A DNA stretch of 64,000 nt from Pseudomonadota bacterium. Lineage in GTDB: Bacteria > Pseudomonadota > Gammaproteobacteria > Burkholderiales > Rhodocyclaceae. The notes under the pieces are model-generated. The model ran no database searches. It was not told the origin of the DNA and saw only the letters and a program-made list of their open reading frames with translations. Each line of letters begins with the position of its first letter. Positions within the stretch are counted from its first letter, which is position 1. Shown here in pieces: positions 20,582-29,639 of the stretch. The translations under genes were made by a program, and so were the position numbers. Where the stretch lies: the NCBI GenBank assembly GCA_018262235.1, contig JAGTRY010000006.1, positions 3,632-67,631 of the forward strand. The letters run 5' to 3'.

Positions 20582-22231
20582 TCAGCCTGCGCGTTCCTCG
20601 CGCATCGCCCGCTTGTTGATCTTGCCGACACTGGTCTTGGACAGCGCCTTCACGAACACGATCTGAAGCAGCACGCCATGTCGCGAGATCCCGGTCGTTT
20701 CGATGAGATGCGCCGAGAAATTGCGGATGGCATGCTCCGTGACCTGGCCTTCGAAATCCGGTTTGAGCACCACCAGGGCGACCGGCCGCTCGCCCCACTT
20801 CGGGTCCGGCATGCCAATCACCGCCACTTCGTGCACCGCCTCGTGCTTGGCCACCACATCTTCAAGCTGCAAAGACGAAGTCCACTCGCCGGCCGTCTTG
20901 ATCACGTCCTTGATGCGGTCGGTGATTTTCAGGTACCCACGCGGATCGATGTTGCCGATGTCCGCTGTATGCAGATAGCCTCCGTCCCAGAGGTTTTCGG
21001 CGGCTTCGGGGGCTTTGAGATAGCCCTGGGTCAGCCAGGGCGTACGTACGACCACTTCGCCGGTCGTCTGCCCATCGTGCGCAACGTCGCGCATTTCCGG
21101 ATCCACGATGCGCAGATCGACCAAAGGCATCGGCCGACCGGTCTTGCTGCGCAGCACCGCTTGCGCTTCCGGTGTGTCCTGCAGATCGTCCAGGGTCAGA
21201 TGAGCCAGCGTCAGCACCGGACAGGTTTCGGACATGCCGTAGCCGGTAAAGATGTCGATCCCACGCTTCATGCCAGCCAAGGCCAGAGCCTGCGGCAAGG
21301 CCGAGCCTCCGATCACGACTTTCCAGCGGGAGAAATCCACCTCGACGGAATGTGGACTGGTCAACAGCATATGCATGATGGTCGGCACACAGTGCGAGTA
21401 AGTCACCTTCTCTTCGCTGATCAGGCGTAACAAGGTATCGGGCATGTACTTGCCGGGATAGACCTGCTTGACGCCCATCATCGTCGCCAGATACGGAAAC
21501 CCCCAGGCGTGCACGTGAAACATCGGCGTGATCGGCATGTACACGTCTTCACGATGAAAGCGTCCCTGCCCGGCTGAGCCGCCCATGGCAGCAGCAAGCG
21601 CGAGGGTGTGCATCACGAGCTGACGGTGACTGAAGAACACGCCCTTGGGATCACCGGTCGTTCCGGTCGTGTAGAAAGTGGTGGCCTGGGCGTTTTCGTC
21701 GAAATCCGGAAAATCGAAGTCGGGGCTGGCCGCAGCGAGCAAGGCTTCGTACTCACCGGCAAGACTCACCGGCACGTCCTTGGGCGCGCCTTCATCCGTA
21801 ATCAGGATGAACTTGCGCACGGTCGTGAGGCGCTCGGCAATCGCGGCGAGAATCGGGAAGAATTCGCGATTGACCAGCACGACCTCGGCACCGGCATGGT
21901 TCAGGGTAAACAGGATCTGTTCGGCAGACAGGCGCACGTTAACGGTCTGCAGGATGGCCCCCATCATCGGCACCGCGAAGAAACATTCGAGGTAACGATG
22001 GCTGTCCCAATCCATCATCGCCACCGTCTGGCCGGACTCAACCCCAAAACCCGCCAGGGTATTGGCCAGACGCCCGATCCGCTCGAACAGGGTCCGGTAG
22101 GAATAACGCAGCTTGCCCTGATAAGTGATTTCCTGGTCCTGCGCATACATTTTCGGTGTATGCAGCAGATGCTTGATCAGCAGGGGATAGTTGTAGGCGG
22201 AAGGCGTGGGCTGGATGAGCTTGACGGGCAT
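20582..22231 (-). CDS. AMP-dependent synthetase / fatty-acid--CoA ligase family
   Basis: AMP-binding motif FYTTGTTGDPKGV and a C-terminal TSVGKINKR. ATG 22231 (MPVKLIQP) is preferred over TTG 22264. Confidence 0.85.
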   Translation of the reverse strand: MPVKLIQPTPSAYNYPLLIKHLLHTPKMYAQDQEITYQGKLRYSYRTLFERIGRLANTLAGFGVESGQTVAMMDWDSHRYLECFFAVPMMGAILQTVNVRLSAEQILFTLNHAGAEVVLVNREFFPILAAIAERLTTVRKFILITDEGAPKDVPVSLAGEYEALLAAASPDFDFPDFDENAQATTFYTTGTTGDPKGVFFSHRQLVMHTLALAAAMGGSAGQGRFHREDVYMPITPMFHVHAWGFPYLATMMGVKQVYPGKYMPDTLLRLISEEKVTYSHCVPTIMHMLLTSPHSVEVDFSRWKVVIGGSALPQALALAGMKRGIDIFTGYGMSETCPVLTLAHLTLDDLQDTPEAQAVLRSKTGRPMPLVDLRIVDPEMRDVAHDGQTTGEVVVRTPWLTQGYLKAPEAAENLWDGGYLHTADIGNIDPRGYLKITDRIKDVIKTAGEWTSSLQLEDVVAKHEAVHEVAVIGMPDPKWGERPVALVVLKPDFEGQVTEHAIRNFSAHLIETTGISRHGVLLQIVFVKALSKTSVGKINKRAMREERAG

Positions 22232-22464
22232 GGGTTTGTCTCGTGAGTAATTGGTCTGCGGCAAGCCTCTTGGGCGCCGCGCAGCGCGATATTACCTCGC
22301 CCGGGCATTCTCCAGTCAGCAATCAGGGGTATTCAGGAAAAGCGATCACGCTCAAGCAACCTTTGCAAACAGGCTGCCGTGCCCCCTGTCACAAGGGCAG
22401 TTTTACCCTGATGGCCCGGCGCTCCACCAGATACTAAGATCGATGCATCAGAGAGAAAATCACC

Positions 22465-22902
22465 ATGAGCCACGCCATCCAACATCAGGACCGCGCCTAT
22501 CTTCGCCACCCCTCCGAAATGCCCATCCGCATTCATTGTGAAGGGCAACTGGGCAAGGCCATGCGGCGCCTGCGCAATGTGAGCATCGGCGGGCTGGCCT
22601 GCCATTCTGAAGAACCACTCGAAGTCGGCAGTGAAGTTTCGGTGGAGATCCCGATCGGCCTGCCACCTTTTCACGCACGCGGGGCTGTTGTGTGGTGCCG
22701 GCACGCCCATTCCTGTTATGAACTGGGCATCCAGTTTGTGGCACACGAAGATGCCTTTGCCGCACGCATGGTCGAACAACTCTGCTACATCGAGCGTTAC
22801 CGCCGTGAAGTACGCGAAAAGGAAGGCCGCGAACTCGATAGCACCAGCGCGGCGACCGAGTGGATCGCCAAATATGCGGCCAACTTCCCGCGTATCGACT
22901 GA
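22465..22902 (+). CDS. PilZ domain-containing protein
   Basis: 145 aa with RxxxR (RAYLR) and NxSxxG (NVSIGG) about 30 aa apart. Confidence 0.7.
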   Translation: MSHAIQHQDRAYLRHPSEMPIRIHCEGQLGKAMRRLRNVSIGGLACHSEEPLEVGSEVSVEIPIGLPPFHARGAVVWCRHAHSCYELGIQFVAHEDAFAARMVEQLCYIERYRREVREKEGRELDSTSAATEWIAKYAANFPRID

Positions 22903-22935
22903 TCCCGCCAGCGCACCTCGCGATGCAAGGCTAGC

Positions 22936-24300
22936 TCAAGTCTTTTTCTGCTTCACCGGCCGCGACCAGCCACTCAGACTGATCTGGCGCGCGCGCGAAA
23001 TCGTCAGCGAATCGGCGGGCGCATCCTGCGTCAGCGTGGTCCCGGCACCCAGCGTGGCCCCTTTCCCCACACGGACCGGCGCAACCAGCTGCGTATCCGA
23101 ACCAATGAAGACATCATCTTCAATCACGGTGCGGTGCTTGTTGGCGCCATCATAGTTGCAGGTAATGGCACCGGCACCGATATTGACGCGACTGCCAACG
23201 GTTGCATCGCCAACATATGCCAGATGATTGGCTTTCGAATGCGCGGCAATCTGGCTGTTTTTCACTTCCACGAAATTACCGATGTGCACGTCTTCCGCGA
23301 GCAGAGTCCCAGGGCGCAGTCGGGCATAAGGTCCCAGCACGCCGGCCACGCCGATCTCTGCGTCATCAAAGTGGCAGAAGGGAGCTACCCGCGTATCCGC
23401 GCCGATCTTCACGTTTTTCAGCACGCAGTGGGCGCCGATTTTCACGCCATCGCCCAGCTCGACACGACCTTCAAAGACACAGCCGACATCAATCTCCACG
23501 TCGCGTCCGCACACCAGTTCGCCCCGGATATCGATACGCGCAGGATCCAGCAAAGTCACGCCAGCTTCCAGCAGGGCGTCCGCCTGGTTGCGCTGGTGGA
23601 TGCGCTCGAGCTCGGCGAGTTGGGCTTTGTTATTGACGCCCAGCACTTCCCACTCGTGAAGTGGTTGCTGGCCGACAACCTCAATCCCGTCAGCCACCGC
23701 CATCGCGATCACATCGGTCAGATAAAACTCGCCTTGCGCATTATTGTTCTCCAGCCGCCCGAGCCAGCCCCGCAACAAAGCCGCCGGCGCACACAGGATG
23801 CCGGTATTGACCTCCCGGATGGCCCGGATTTCGGTGGAAGCGTCTTTTTCCTCCACGATGGAAACGATCCGCGCATTCGCATCACGCACGATCCGGCCGT
23901 AACCCTTGGGGTTGGCCAGATTGACGGTAAGCAGTGCCACGCGGGAGTTTCCCGCCGCGGCCACCAGATCGTGCAGGGTTTGCGCGCGGATCAGCGGCAC
24001 ATCACCATAGAGCACCAGCACCGCACCTTCATCGGAAAGCCGGGGCATGGCCTGTTGCACGGCATGCCCGGTTCCCAGTTGCTGCGCCTGTTCCGCCCAG
24101 ACGATATCCGGGGCGTCCAGCGCCGCGCGGACTTGCTCGCCGCCATGGCCATACACCACGCACAGAGCCTGCGGCCCCAGCGTGCGCGATGCCGTCAACA
24201 CGTGATCGAGCATCGCCCGGCCAGCAATGGGTTGCAATACCTTGGGCAAGCGGGAGTTCATGCGCTTGCCCTGACCCGCAGCGAGAATCGTGATTTGCAT
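22936..24300 (-). CDS. glmU: Bifunctional GlcNAc-1-P uridyltransferase / GlcN-1-P acetyltransferase
   Basis: Start [24 protein letters not shown] at ATG 24300, followed by left-handed beta-helix hexapeptide repeats. The 656-aa track ORF is an upstream read-through artefact. Confidence 0.95.
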   Translation of the reverse strand: MQITILAAGQGKRMNSRLPKVLQPIAGRAMLDHVLTASRTLGPQALCVVYGHGGEQVRAALDAPDIVWAEQAQQLGTGHAVQQAMPRLSDEGAVLVLYGDVPLIRAQTLHDLVAAAGNSRVALLTVNLANPKGYGRIVRDANARIVSIVEEKDASTEIRAIREVNTGILCAPAALLRGWLGRLENNNAQGEFYLTDVIAMAVADGIEVVGQQPLHEWEVLGVNNKAQLAELERIHQRNQADALLEAGVTLLDPARIDIRGELVCGRDVEIDVGCVFEGRVELGDGVKIGAHCVLKNVKIGADTRVAPFCHFDDAEIGVAGVLGPYARLRPGTLLAEDVHIGNFVEVKNSQIAAHSKANHLAYVGDATVGSRVNIGAGAITCNYDGANKHRTVIEDDVFIGSDTQLVAPVRVGKGATLGAGTTLTQDAPADSLTISRARQISLSGWSRPVKQKKT

Positions 24301-24384
24301 GGTTAAACTGTGCCGATCAAGAGTTGGCGTTCCGCCCAGCGGAACCGCGAAGGGCGAAATTCTAGCATTCGTGACCTGAATCCC

Positions 24385-24963
24385 CGTATTGCGGCAGCGC
24401 GGCATAATTCCCTGCCGGATTTGATGAACATCACCAAAAGGGCTGGCTACGATAGTTACTATTGATGTCAAAGGATCAAGGCCATGGATAGCATCAATCC
24501 GCCGCTCGACATGCTGGAAAACACTGCTCACGACGAGATCAAGCTCGACGATGCGGTGGCCTTGTCGCGAATCGTGCGCCCTGAAAGCATTCCGCAATGG
24601 GCGGCAGCCGAAACCATCTCGCCCCGAATGTCGTCTAGCCTGAATGCTGCCGCTTTGTGCAGAATGTTGGCCTCTGGTGGAACCAAGCAGAGCTGGAGTG
24701 CGGCCCTGCAGAGACTCGACCGGCCCATCTCCCGCGGCATCGCAAGGACGCAAAGCAAGGCTTCGGAAGTTTCCTGCCGTGCCGATATCATCGTGATGCC
24801 GGGACCGGAATCCGGCAAGATGACCGCCAAACAACCTGAATACCTCGCCGGCGGAGTGCTCACCGGTGTTGTGATGGACGCCTGTGTGCCCATCGTACTG
24901 ACCCATCGTGCAGTCCGGGCGAAGCCCGTTCCGCGTCCTGCGCTATCGTCAAGCGTCTCGTAG
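24385..24963 (+). pseudogene. pta: Truncated, frameshifted remnant of a phosphate acetyl/butyryl-transferase (PTA_PTB family)
   Basis: ORF 24484-24963 aligns by eye with the C-terminal half of PTA_PTB enzymes. Matching segments are [12 protein letters not shown].., [17 protein letters not shown], and [23 protein letters not shown]...VPIVLTHRA against the consensus ADILVVPDLEAGN..AKQL.YLA...VPIVLTSRA. Conserved residues are replaced. Upstream homology ([10 protein letters not shown]; [15 protein letters not shown]) lies in two different frames with a stop at 24463. The N-terminal ~150 aa are absent. Confidence 0.5.
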
Positions 24964-25012
24964 CCCACCGCCTTGCTGCGGCAATTGTGTAAATTTTGGA
25001 GAAACATCAATA

Positions 25013-26212
25013 ATGAAATCCCTCTTGATCATCAACGCCGGCTCTTCCAGCCTGAAATTCGCTGTATTTGCCCTCCCCTTGACTCAGGATGCCCCCTCGA
25101 TCTACCGCGGTCAGATCGACGGGATTGGCGCCAACACCCAATTCGTTGCCAAGGATATCGATGGCAAGACGCTGCTCGATACCTTCATCAAATCGCCGGA
25201 AGGCACCCCGCTCGAAGCTCAGCAACAGCTCGCCCTTGATGCGCTGCTGAACTGGATCGAATCCCAGAACGTCCAGCTGGCAGCCGTGGGCCACCGCGTG
25301 CTGCACGGTGGCAAGGAATTCTGTGCACCGGTACAGATCACCCCGGAAGTCCTTGCCAAGCTCGAAACCTTCATCCCGCTGGGCCCCCTGCATCAGCCGC
25401 ACAACCTGCGCCCGATCCGCGCCCTGGCCAAGAAATACCCGAGCCTGCCGCAAGTTGCATGTTTCGACACGGCCTTCCACCGCACCCAACCCTGGGAAGC
25501 CCAGACCTACCCGATTCCGCGCAACTTCACAGACGAAGGCGTGATCCGCTGGGGCTTCCACGGCTCATCCTACGATTACATCGCACGCCAGCTCGAAGGC
25601 GTGATCGGCAAGGAGAAGGCTCACGGTGCTGTCGTGATCGCTCACATGGGCAATGGCGCCTCGATCGCCGCCACGCGCGGCCTGAAGTGCGTTGCCACGA
25701 CAATGGGCTTCACCGCCGCCGAAGGCATGATGATGGGCACGCGCTGCGGCACGATAGACCCCAGCATCATCCTGTATCTGGTTGAAAAGCACGGTTACAA
25801 CGCAGCCCAGATCTCCAGCTTCATCTACAAGGAATCCGGCCTGCTCGGCGTCTCCGGCGGCCTCAGCCAGGACATGCGCACACTCGAAGCCTCCGACGCT
25901 CCGGAAGCCAAGGAAGCGCTCAAGCTGTTCTACTACCGTGCCGCCCGCGAAATTGCTTCCCTGACCGCTGCCGCGGGTGGTCTGGATGCGCTGGTCTTCA
26001 CCGGCGGGATTGGTGAAAACTCCTCTGCAGCACGCAAGGCCGTGACCGATTACTTCAGCTGGATGGGACTCAAGCTTGATCCCGAACTGAACAAGGTCCG
26101 CGGCAAAGCCCACTGCATCCATGCAGCCGACAGCAAGATCGCCGTAGCCGTGATCCCCACCAACGAAGAGTGGATGATCGCCTACCACACAACCAGCCTG
26201 CTCAGCCTGTAA
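25013..26212 (+). CDS. ackA: Acetate/propionate kinase family protein
   Basis: MKSLLIINAGSSSLKFAVF, VGHRVLHGG, ACFDTAFH, WGFHGSSY and GGIGENS motifs. ATG at 25013. Confidence 0.9.
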   Translation: MKSLLIINAGSSSLKFAVFALPLTQDAPSIYRGQIDGIGANTQFVAKDIDGKTLLDTFIKSPEGTPLEAQQQLALDALLNWIESQNVQLAAVGHRVLHGGKEFCAPVQITPEVLAKLETFIPLGPLHQPHNLRPIRALAKKYPSLPQVACFDTAFHRTQPWEAQTYPIPRNFTDEGVIRWGFHGSSYDYIARQLEGVIGKEKAHGAVVIAHMGNGASIAATRGLKCVATTMGFTAAEGMMMGTRCGTIDPSIILYLVEKHGYNAAQISSFIYKESGLLGVSGGLSQDMRTLEASDAPEAKEALKLFYYRAAREIASLTAAAGGLDALVFTGGIGENSSAARKAVTDYFSWMGLKLDPELNKVRGKAHCIHAADSKIAVAVIPTNEEWMIAYHTTSLLSL

Positions 26213-26230
26213 GCACAGCGCTCAACCAGC

Positions 26231-26261
26231 AAAAAGGGCCATCCTCGGATGGCCCTTTTTT
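26231..26261. terminator. Bidirectional rho-independent terminator (ackA / hemerythrin-like convergent)
   Basis: AAAAAGGGCCATCC..GGATGGCCCTTTTTT: a 9-bp GC stem flanked by an A5 run and a T6 run. Confidence 0.85.
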
Positions 26262-26275
26262 CAGCTCCTGACGAC

Positions 26276-26695
26276 TCAAACGCTAGCCGCTTTATCCGGC
26301 TCAGCCACTGTCGTTTCGAGCGCAGCGTCCAGCACGTCCCATACTTCGCTTTCTTCAAGCTCCACATGCTTTTCAAGCATATGTACAAAATCGACCAGCA
26401 GACTGGTCGTAGGCGTGTCCATTGCCTTATCCATCTCGCGCATCTTCTCGTGCTGCGCAAAGATTTCATCGGCCAGCGCCGCCTGGCCCACTTCTCGCAG
26501 CATCGGCAGGGCATAACGCTCTTCTTCGACGAAGTGCGGCTCCAGATCGGAAGCAAATACCCGGCGCATGCGCTGCGCAATTTCCGGCAGATCGGCTTCT
26601 GTTTCCGGACTGACTTCACGAATGGCGGAAACGAAATGCATCACCGCCTGATGCTCCTGCGCCAGATGCTTGAGTCGAAGGCTTAGTTTTCTCAC
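26276..26695 (-). CDS. Hemerythrin-like (HHE cation-binding) domain protein
   Basis: 139 aa with spaced H/E pairs (LAQEHQAV, EPHFVEEERYALP, LEKHVELEESEVW). GTG start at 26695. Confidence 0.6.
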   Translation of the reverse strand: MRKLSLRLKHLAQEHQAVMHFVSAIREVSPETEADLPEIAQRMRRVFASDLEPHFVEEERYALPMLREVGQAALADEIFAQHEKMREMDKAMDTPTTSLLVDFVHMLEKHVELEESEVWDVLDAALETTVAEPDKAASV

Positions 26696-26881
26696 GATCT
26701 CTGTCTCACAAAATGTTCATGTTGTTGGGCTGGCATGCCGGAGCATTGCCGGTTTGTGGTGAGCCAAGCTAAGCACACATATCAACAACAGCCGTTGATG
26801 CCCATCAACCCAAACCGCTCAAACGGCGTACAAGTTGCTCGGTTACACTGTACCCAACTCATTCTCCTGCACATACCAGAA

Positions 26882-29563
26882 ATGTCTGCCACCCCTGCAA
26901 CCATCTATCTCAAGGACTACACGCCGCCTGCATATTTTGTCGACACCACCTCGCTCGATATCGATATCCGGACAGGCTTCACGCGCATCACCGCCAGCCT
27001 GGCGCTGCGCCACAACCCGGCTGCTTATGGCGGGCCGCTGATCCTCAACGGTGAGGACCTGATCCTTGAGTCCCTGAAACTCGATGGGTGTCTGCTGCAC
27101 GAAGAGGACTACACCTACGTCAACGACACGCTCACGATCACCAACGTCCCGACGGCTTTCCAACTGGAAACTGTCGTGCGCATCGAGCCCGACAAGAACA
27201 CCCAGCTCTCCGGCCTGTATCGCTCCAAGGACGGCTATTTCACGCAGTGCGAAGCACAGGGCTTCCGCCGCATCACCTTCTACCCCGATCGCCCCGACGT
27301 GATGGCAACCTTCACCTGCACCCTGCACGCAGACAAGACGGCCTTCCCGATCCTGCTTGCCAACGGCAACCCGGTCGCCCAGGGAGAGGAAGACGATGGG
27401 CGCCACTGGGCCCGTTGGGTGGACCCTTTCCGCAAGCCGGCCTATCTGTTCGCCTGCGTCGCAGCCCGGCTGGACGTGCTAGAAGACTACTACGTCACCA
27501 CTTCGGGCCGCCGCGTGCGCTGTGCCGTATATGTGGAGCCCGGCAAGCTCGACCAGTGCGATCACGCCATGGCCGCGCTAAAGAAGAGCATGAAGTGGGA
27601 CGAGGATGTGTTCGGGCTGGAGATGGACCTCGACCACTACATGATCGTCGCGGTCGGCGACTTCAACATGGGGGCGATGGAGAACAAGGGGCTCAACATC
27701 TTCAACACCAAGTACGTGCTCGCCCGCCCGGACACTGCAACGGATACCGACTACCAGAACATCGACCGCGTCGTCGCCCACGAATACTTCCACAACTGGA
27801 CCGGCAACCGCGTGACCTGCCGCGACTGGTTCCAGCTCTCACTGAAAGAAGGTCTCACCGTCTTCCGCGACCAGAACTTCGGCATGGATGTGCACTCGGC
27901 GAGCGTGACGCGGATCCAGGAAGTACGCACCCTGCGCACCGCACAGTTCCCTGAAGACGCCGGCCCCATGGCGCACCCGATCCGGCCGGAGAGCTACGCC
28001 GAAATCAACAATTTCTACACCGCCACGGTGTATGAAAAAGGGGCCGAAGTCATTCGCATGATTTACACCCTGATCGGCAAGGAAGCCTTCCGCCGGGGGA
28101 TGGACCTTTACTTCGCGCGCCACGACGGTCAGGCCGTCACCTGCGAGGATTTCGTTGCAGCCATGCAGGATGCGTCAGGGCTGGATCTCACCCAGTTCAA
28201 ACGCTGGTACCGCCAGGCCGGCACACCCAGGCTTGTCGTGCGCAGCCACTTCGATGCTGCCGCGCGCCGCTACACACTGGAAGTGGCGCAAGACTTCGCC
28301 CCGACGCCTTACGAAACCCGGATGGCCAAAGATGGCCTGGATCTCCCGCGTGGTCCCTACCATCTGCCCATCGTACTCGGTCTGCTTGATGCTAATGGTC
28401 AGGAATTGCCGCTGCAACTCGCCGGCGAGAACGCCCCGACGGGTACCCAGCGCACCCTGCAATTGCGTGAGGCAAAACAGGTTTTCGTGTTCGAGAACAT
28501 CGCGGCCGAACCCGTTCCTTCACTATTACGCGGCTTCTCGGCACCGGTCATCCTGGACTATCCCTACACAACAGCCGCACTGACCCACCTGATGGCGTAT
28601 GACCGCGATGCGGTGAATCGCTGGGAAGCCGGTCAGCGCCTGGCTACCGACATCCTGCTTGCCGGCGTCAGCGCATTCCAGCAAGGCCAGGGCGAAACCG
28701 CCAACTGGATTCCGCAGGACTATGTGCTGGCCGTGGCCCGCTTGCTGGGTGCGGCCTTTGTTGAAGGGGGCGACCCGGCACTCGTAGCCGAAGCGCTGGT
28801 ACTGCCCTCCGAGAATGTGCTCGCCGAGCAGATGGACGTTGTCGACCCTGACGCGATCCACGCCGCGCGATTGACGCTGCGCCGCGTGCTCGCCCGCGAA
28901 TTGCGTGAAGCCTTGCTGGCCGCCTATCTGGAGCTGAAGACCGAAGCCCCCTACTCGCCAGAAGGCGTCCAGGCCGGTTGCCGTGCCTTGCGCAATGCGT
29001 GCCTGGGCTATCTGGCCGAGCTCGAAGAGCCTAGCGCGCAGGCCCTGGTCATCGGCCATTTCGAACAGGCCGGCAACATGACCGACTGTATCGCGGCACT
29101 GGCAGCCGTGGCCAATCTCGACATTCCGTCCCGCCACACCCTGCTCGACAGCTTCTATACCAAGTGGCGTGACGAGGCGCTGGTCGTCGACAAGTGGCTG
29201 CAGGTTCAAGCCACCTCACACCTGCCGGGCACCACGGCCGATGTACGTGCCCTGATGACCCACGACGCCTTCGACATCCGCAACCCGAACAAGGTATATG
29301 CCCTGGTACGCGCTTTCTGTTCCGCCAATCCGAAGCACTTCCATGCGGCAGACGGCAGCGGTTACAAGCTCGCAGCCGATGTGATCCTGCAACTTGATCC
29401 GATGAACCCGCAGGTCGCCTCGCGGATTGCCCGCTCGTTCGACCGCTGGAAGAAATTCGACGCCACACGCCAACACCAGGCACGCGAACAGCTCGAACGC
29501 ATCCGCATGCAAGCCGACCTGTCAAGCGACGTTGCCGAGATCGTCAGCAAGGCACTGGGCTAA
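26882..29563 (+). CDS. pepN: Aminopeptidase N (M1)
   Basis: Start MSATPATIYLKDYTPPAYF at ATG 26882. GAMEN motif (GAMENKGLN) and zinc site HEYFHNWTGNRVT...LSLKEGLTVF. Confidence 0.95.
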   Translation: MSATPATIYLKDYTPPAYFVDTTSLDIDIRTGFTRITASLALRHNPAAYGGPLILNGEDLILESLKLDGCLLHEEDYTYVNDTLTITNVPTAFQLETVVRIEPDKNTQLSGLYRSKDGYFTQCEAQGFRRITFYPDRPDVMATFTCTLHADKTAFPILLANGNPVAQGEEDDGRHWARWVDPFRKPAYLFACVAARLDVLEDYYVTTSGRRVRCAVYVEPGKLDQCDHAMAALKKSMKWDEDVFGLEMDLDHYMIVAVGDFNMGAMENKGLNIFNTKYVLARPDTATDTDYQNIDRVVAHEYFHNWTGNRVTCRDWFQLSLKEGLTVFRDQNFGMDVHSASVTRIQEVRTLRTAQFPEDAGPMAHPIRPESYAEINNFYTATVYEKGAEVIRMIYTLIGKEAFRRGMDLYFARHDGQAVTCEDFVAAMQDASGLDLTQFKRWYRQAGTPRLVVRSHFDAAARRYTLEVAQDFAPTPYETRMAKDGLDLPRGPYHLPIVLGLLDANGQELPLQLAGENAPTGTQRTLQLREAKQVFVFENIAAEPVPSLLRGFSAPVILDYPYTTAALTHLMAYDRDAVNRWEAGQRLATDILLAGVSAFQQGQGETANWIPQDYVLAVARLLGAAFVEGGDPALVAEALVLPSENVLAEQMDVVDPDAIHAARLTLRRVLARELREALLAAYLELKTEAPYSPEGVQAGCRALRNACLGYLAELEEPSAQALVIGHFEQAGNMTDCIAALAAVANLDIPSRHTLLDSFYTKWRDEALVVDKWLQVQATSHLPGTTADVRALMTHDAFDIRNPNKVYALVRAFCSANPKHFHAADGSGYKLAADVILQLDPMNPQVASRIARSFDRWKKFDATRQHQAREQLERIRMQADLSSDVAEIVSKALG

Positions 29564-29575
29564 ATCTGCTCTCGC

Positions 29576-29606
29576 CCCACCGACGCTGCCGCGCAGCGCC
29601 GGTGGG
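29576..29606. terminator. Imperfect hairpin between convergent pepN and the GGDEF-EAL gene
   Basis: CCCACCG..GCTGC-CGC-GCAGC..CGGTGGG, with no U-tract. Confidence 0.3.
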
Positions 29607-29639
29607 ACCTGCCAACCGGGAAGGTTATTCGCGTGGGTT

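Noticed and set aside
24301-24906. N-terminal 200-aa extension of the glmU ORF (track ORF 22936-24906).
   Set aside because: GlmU starts with the conserved [14 protein letters not shown] at ATG 24300. The extension is antisense to the pta-like remnant and has no GlmU homology.
24528-25010. 160-aa minus-strand ORF in the glmU-ackA gap.
   Set aside because: The + strand frame shows recognisable PTA_PTB similarity and better third-position GC bias. The minus-strand ORF is probably a shadow of it.
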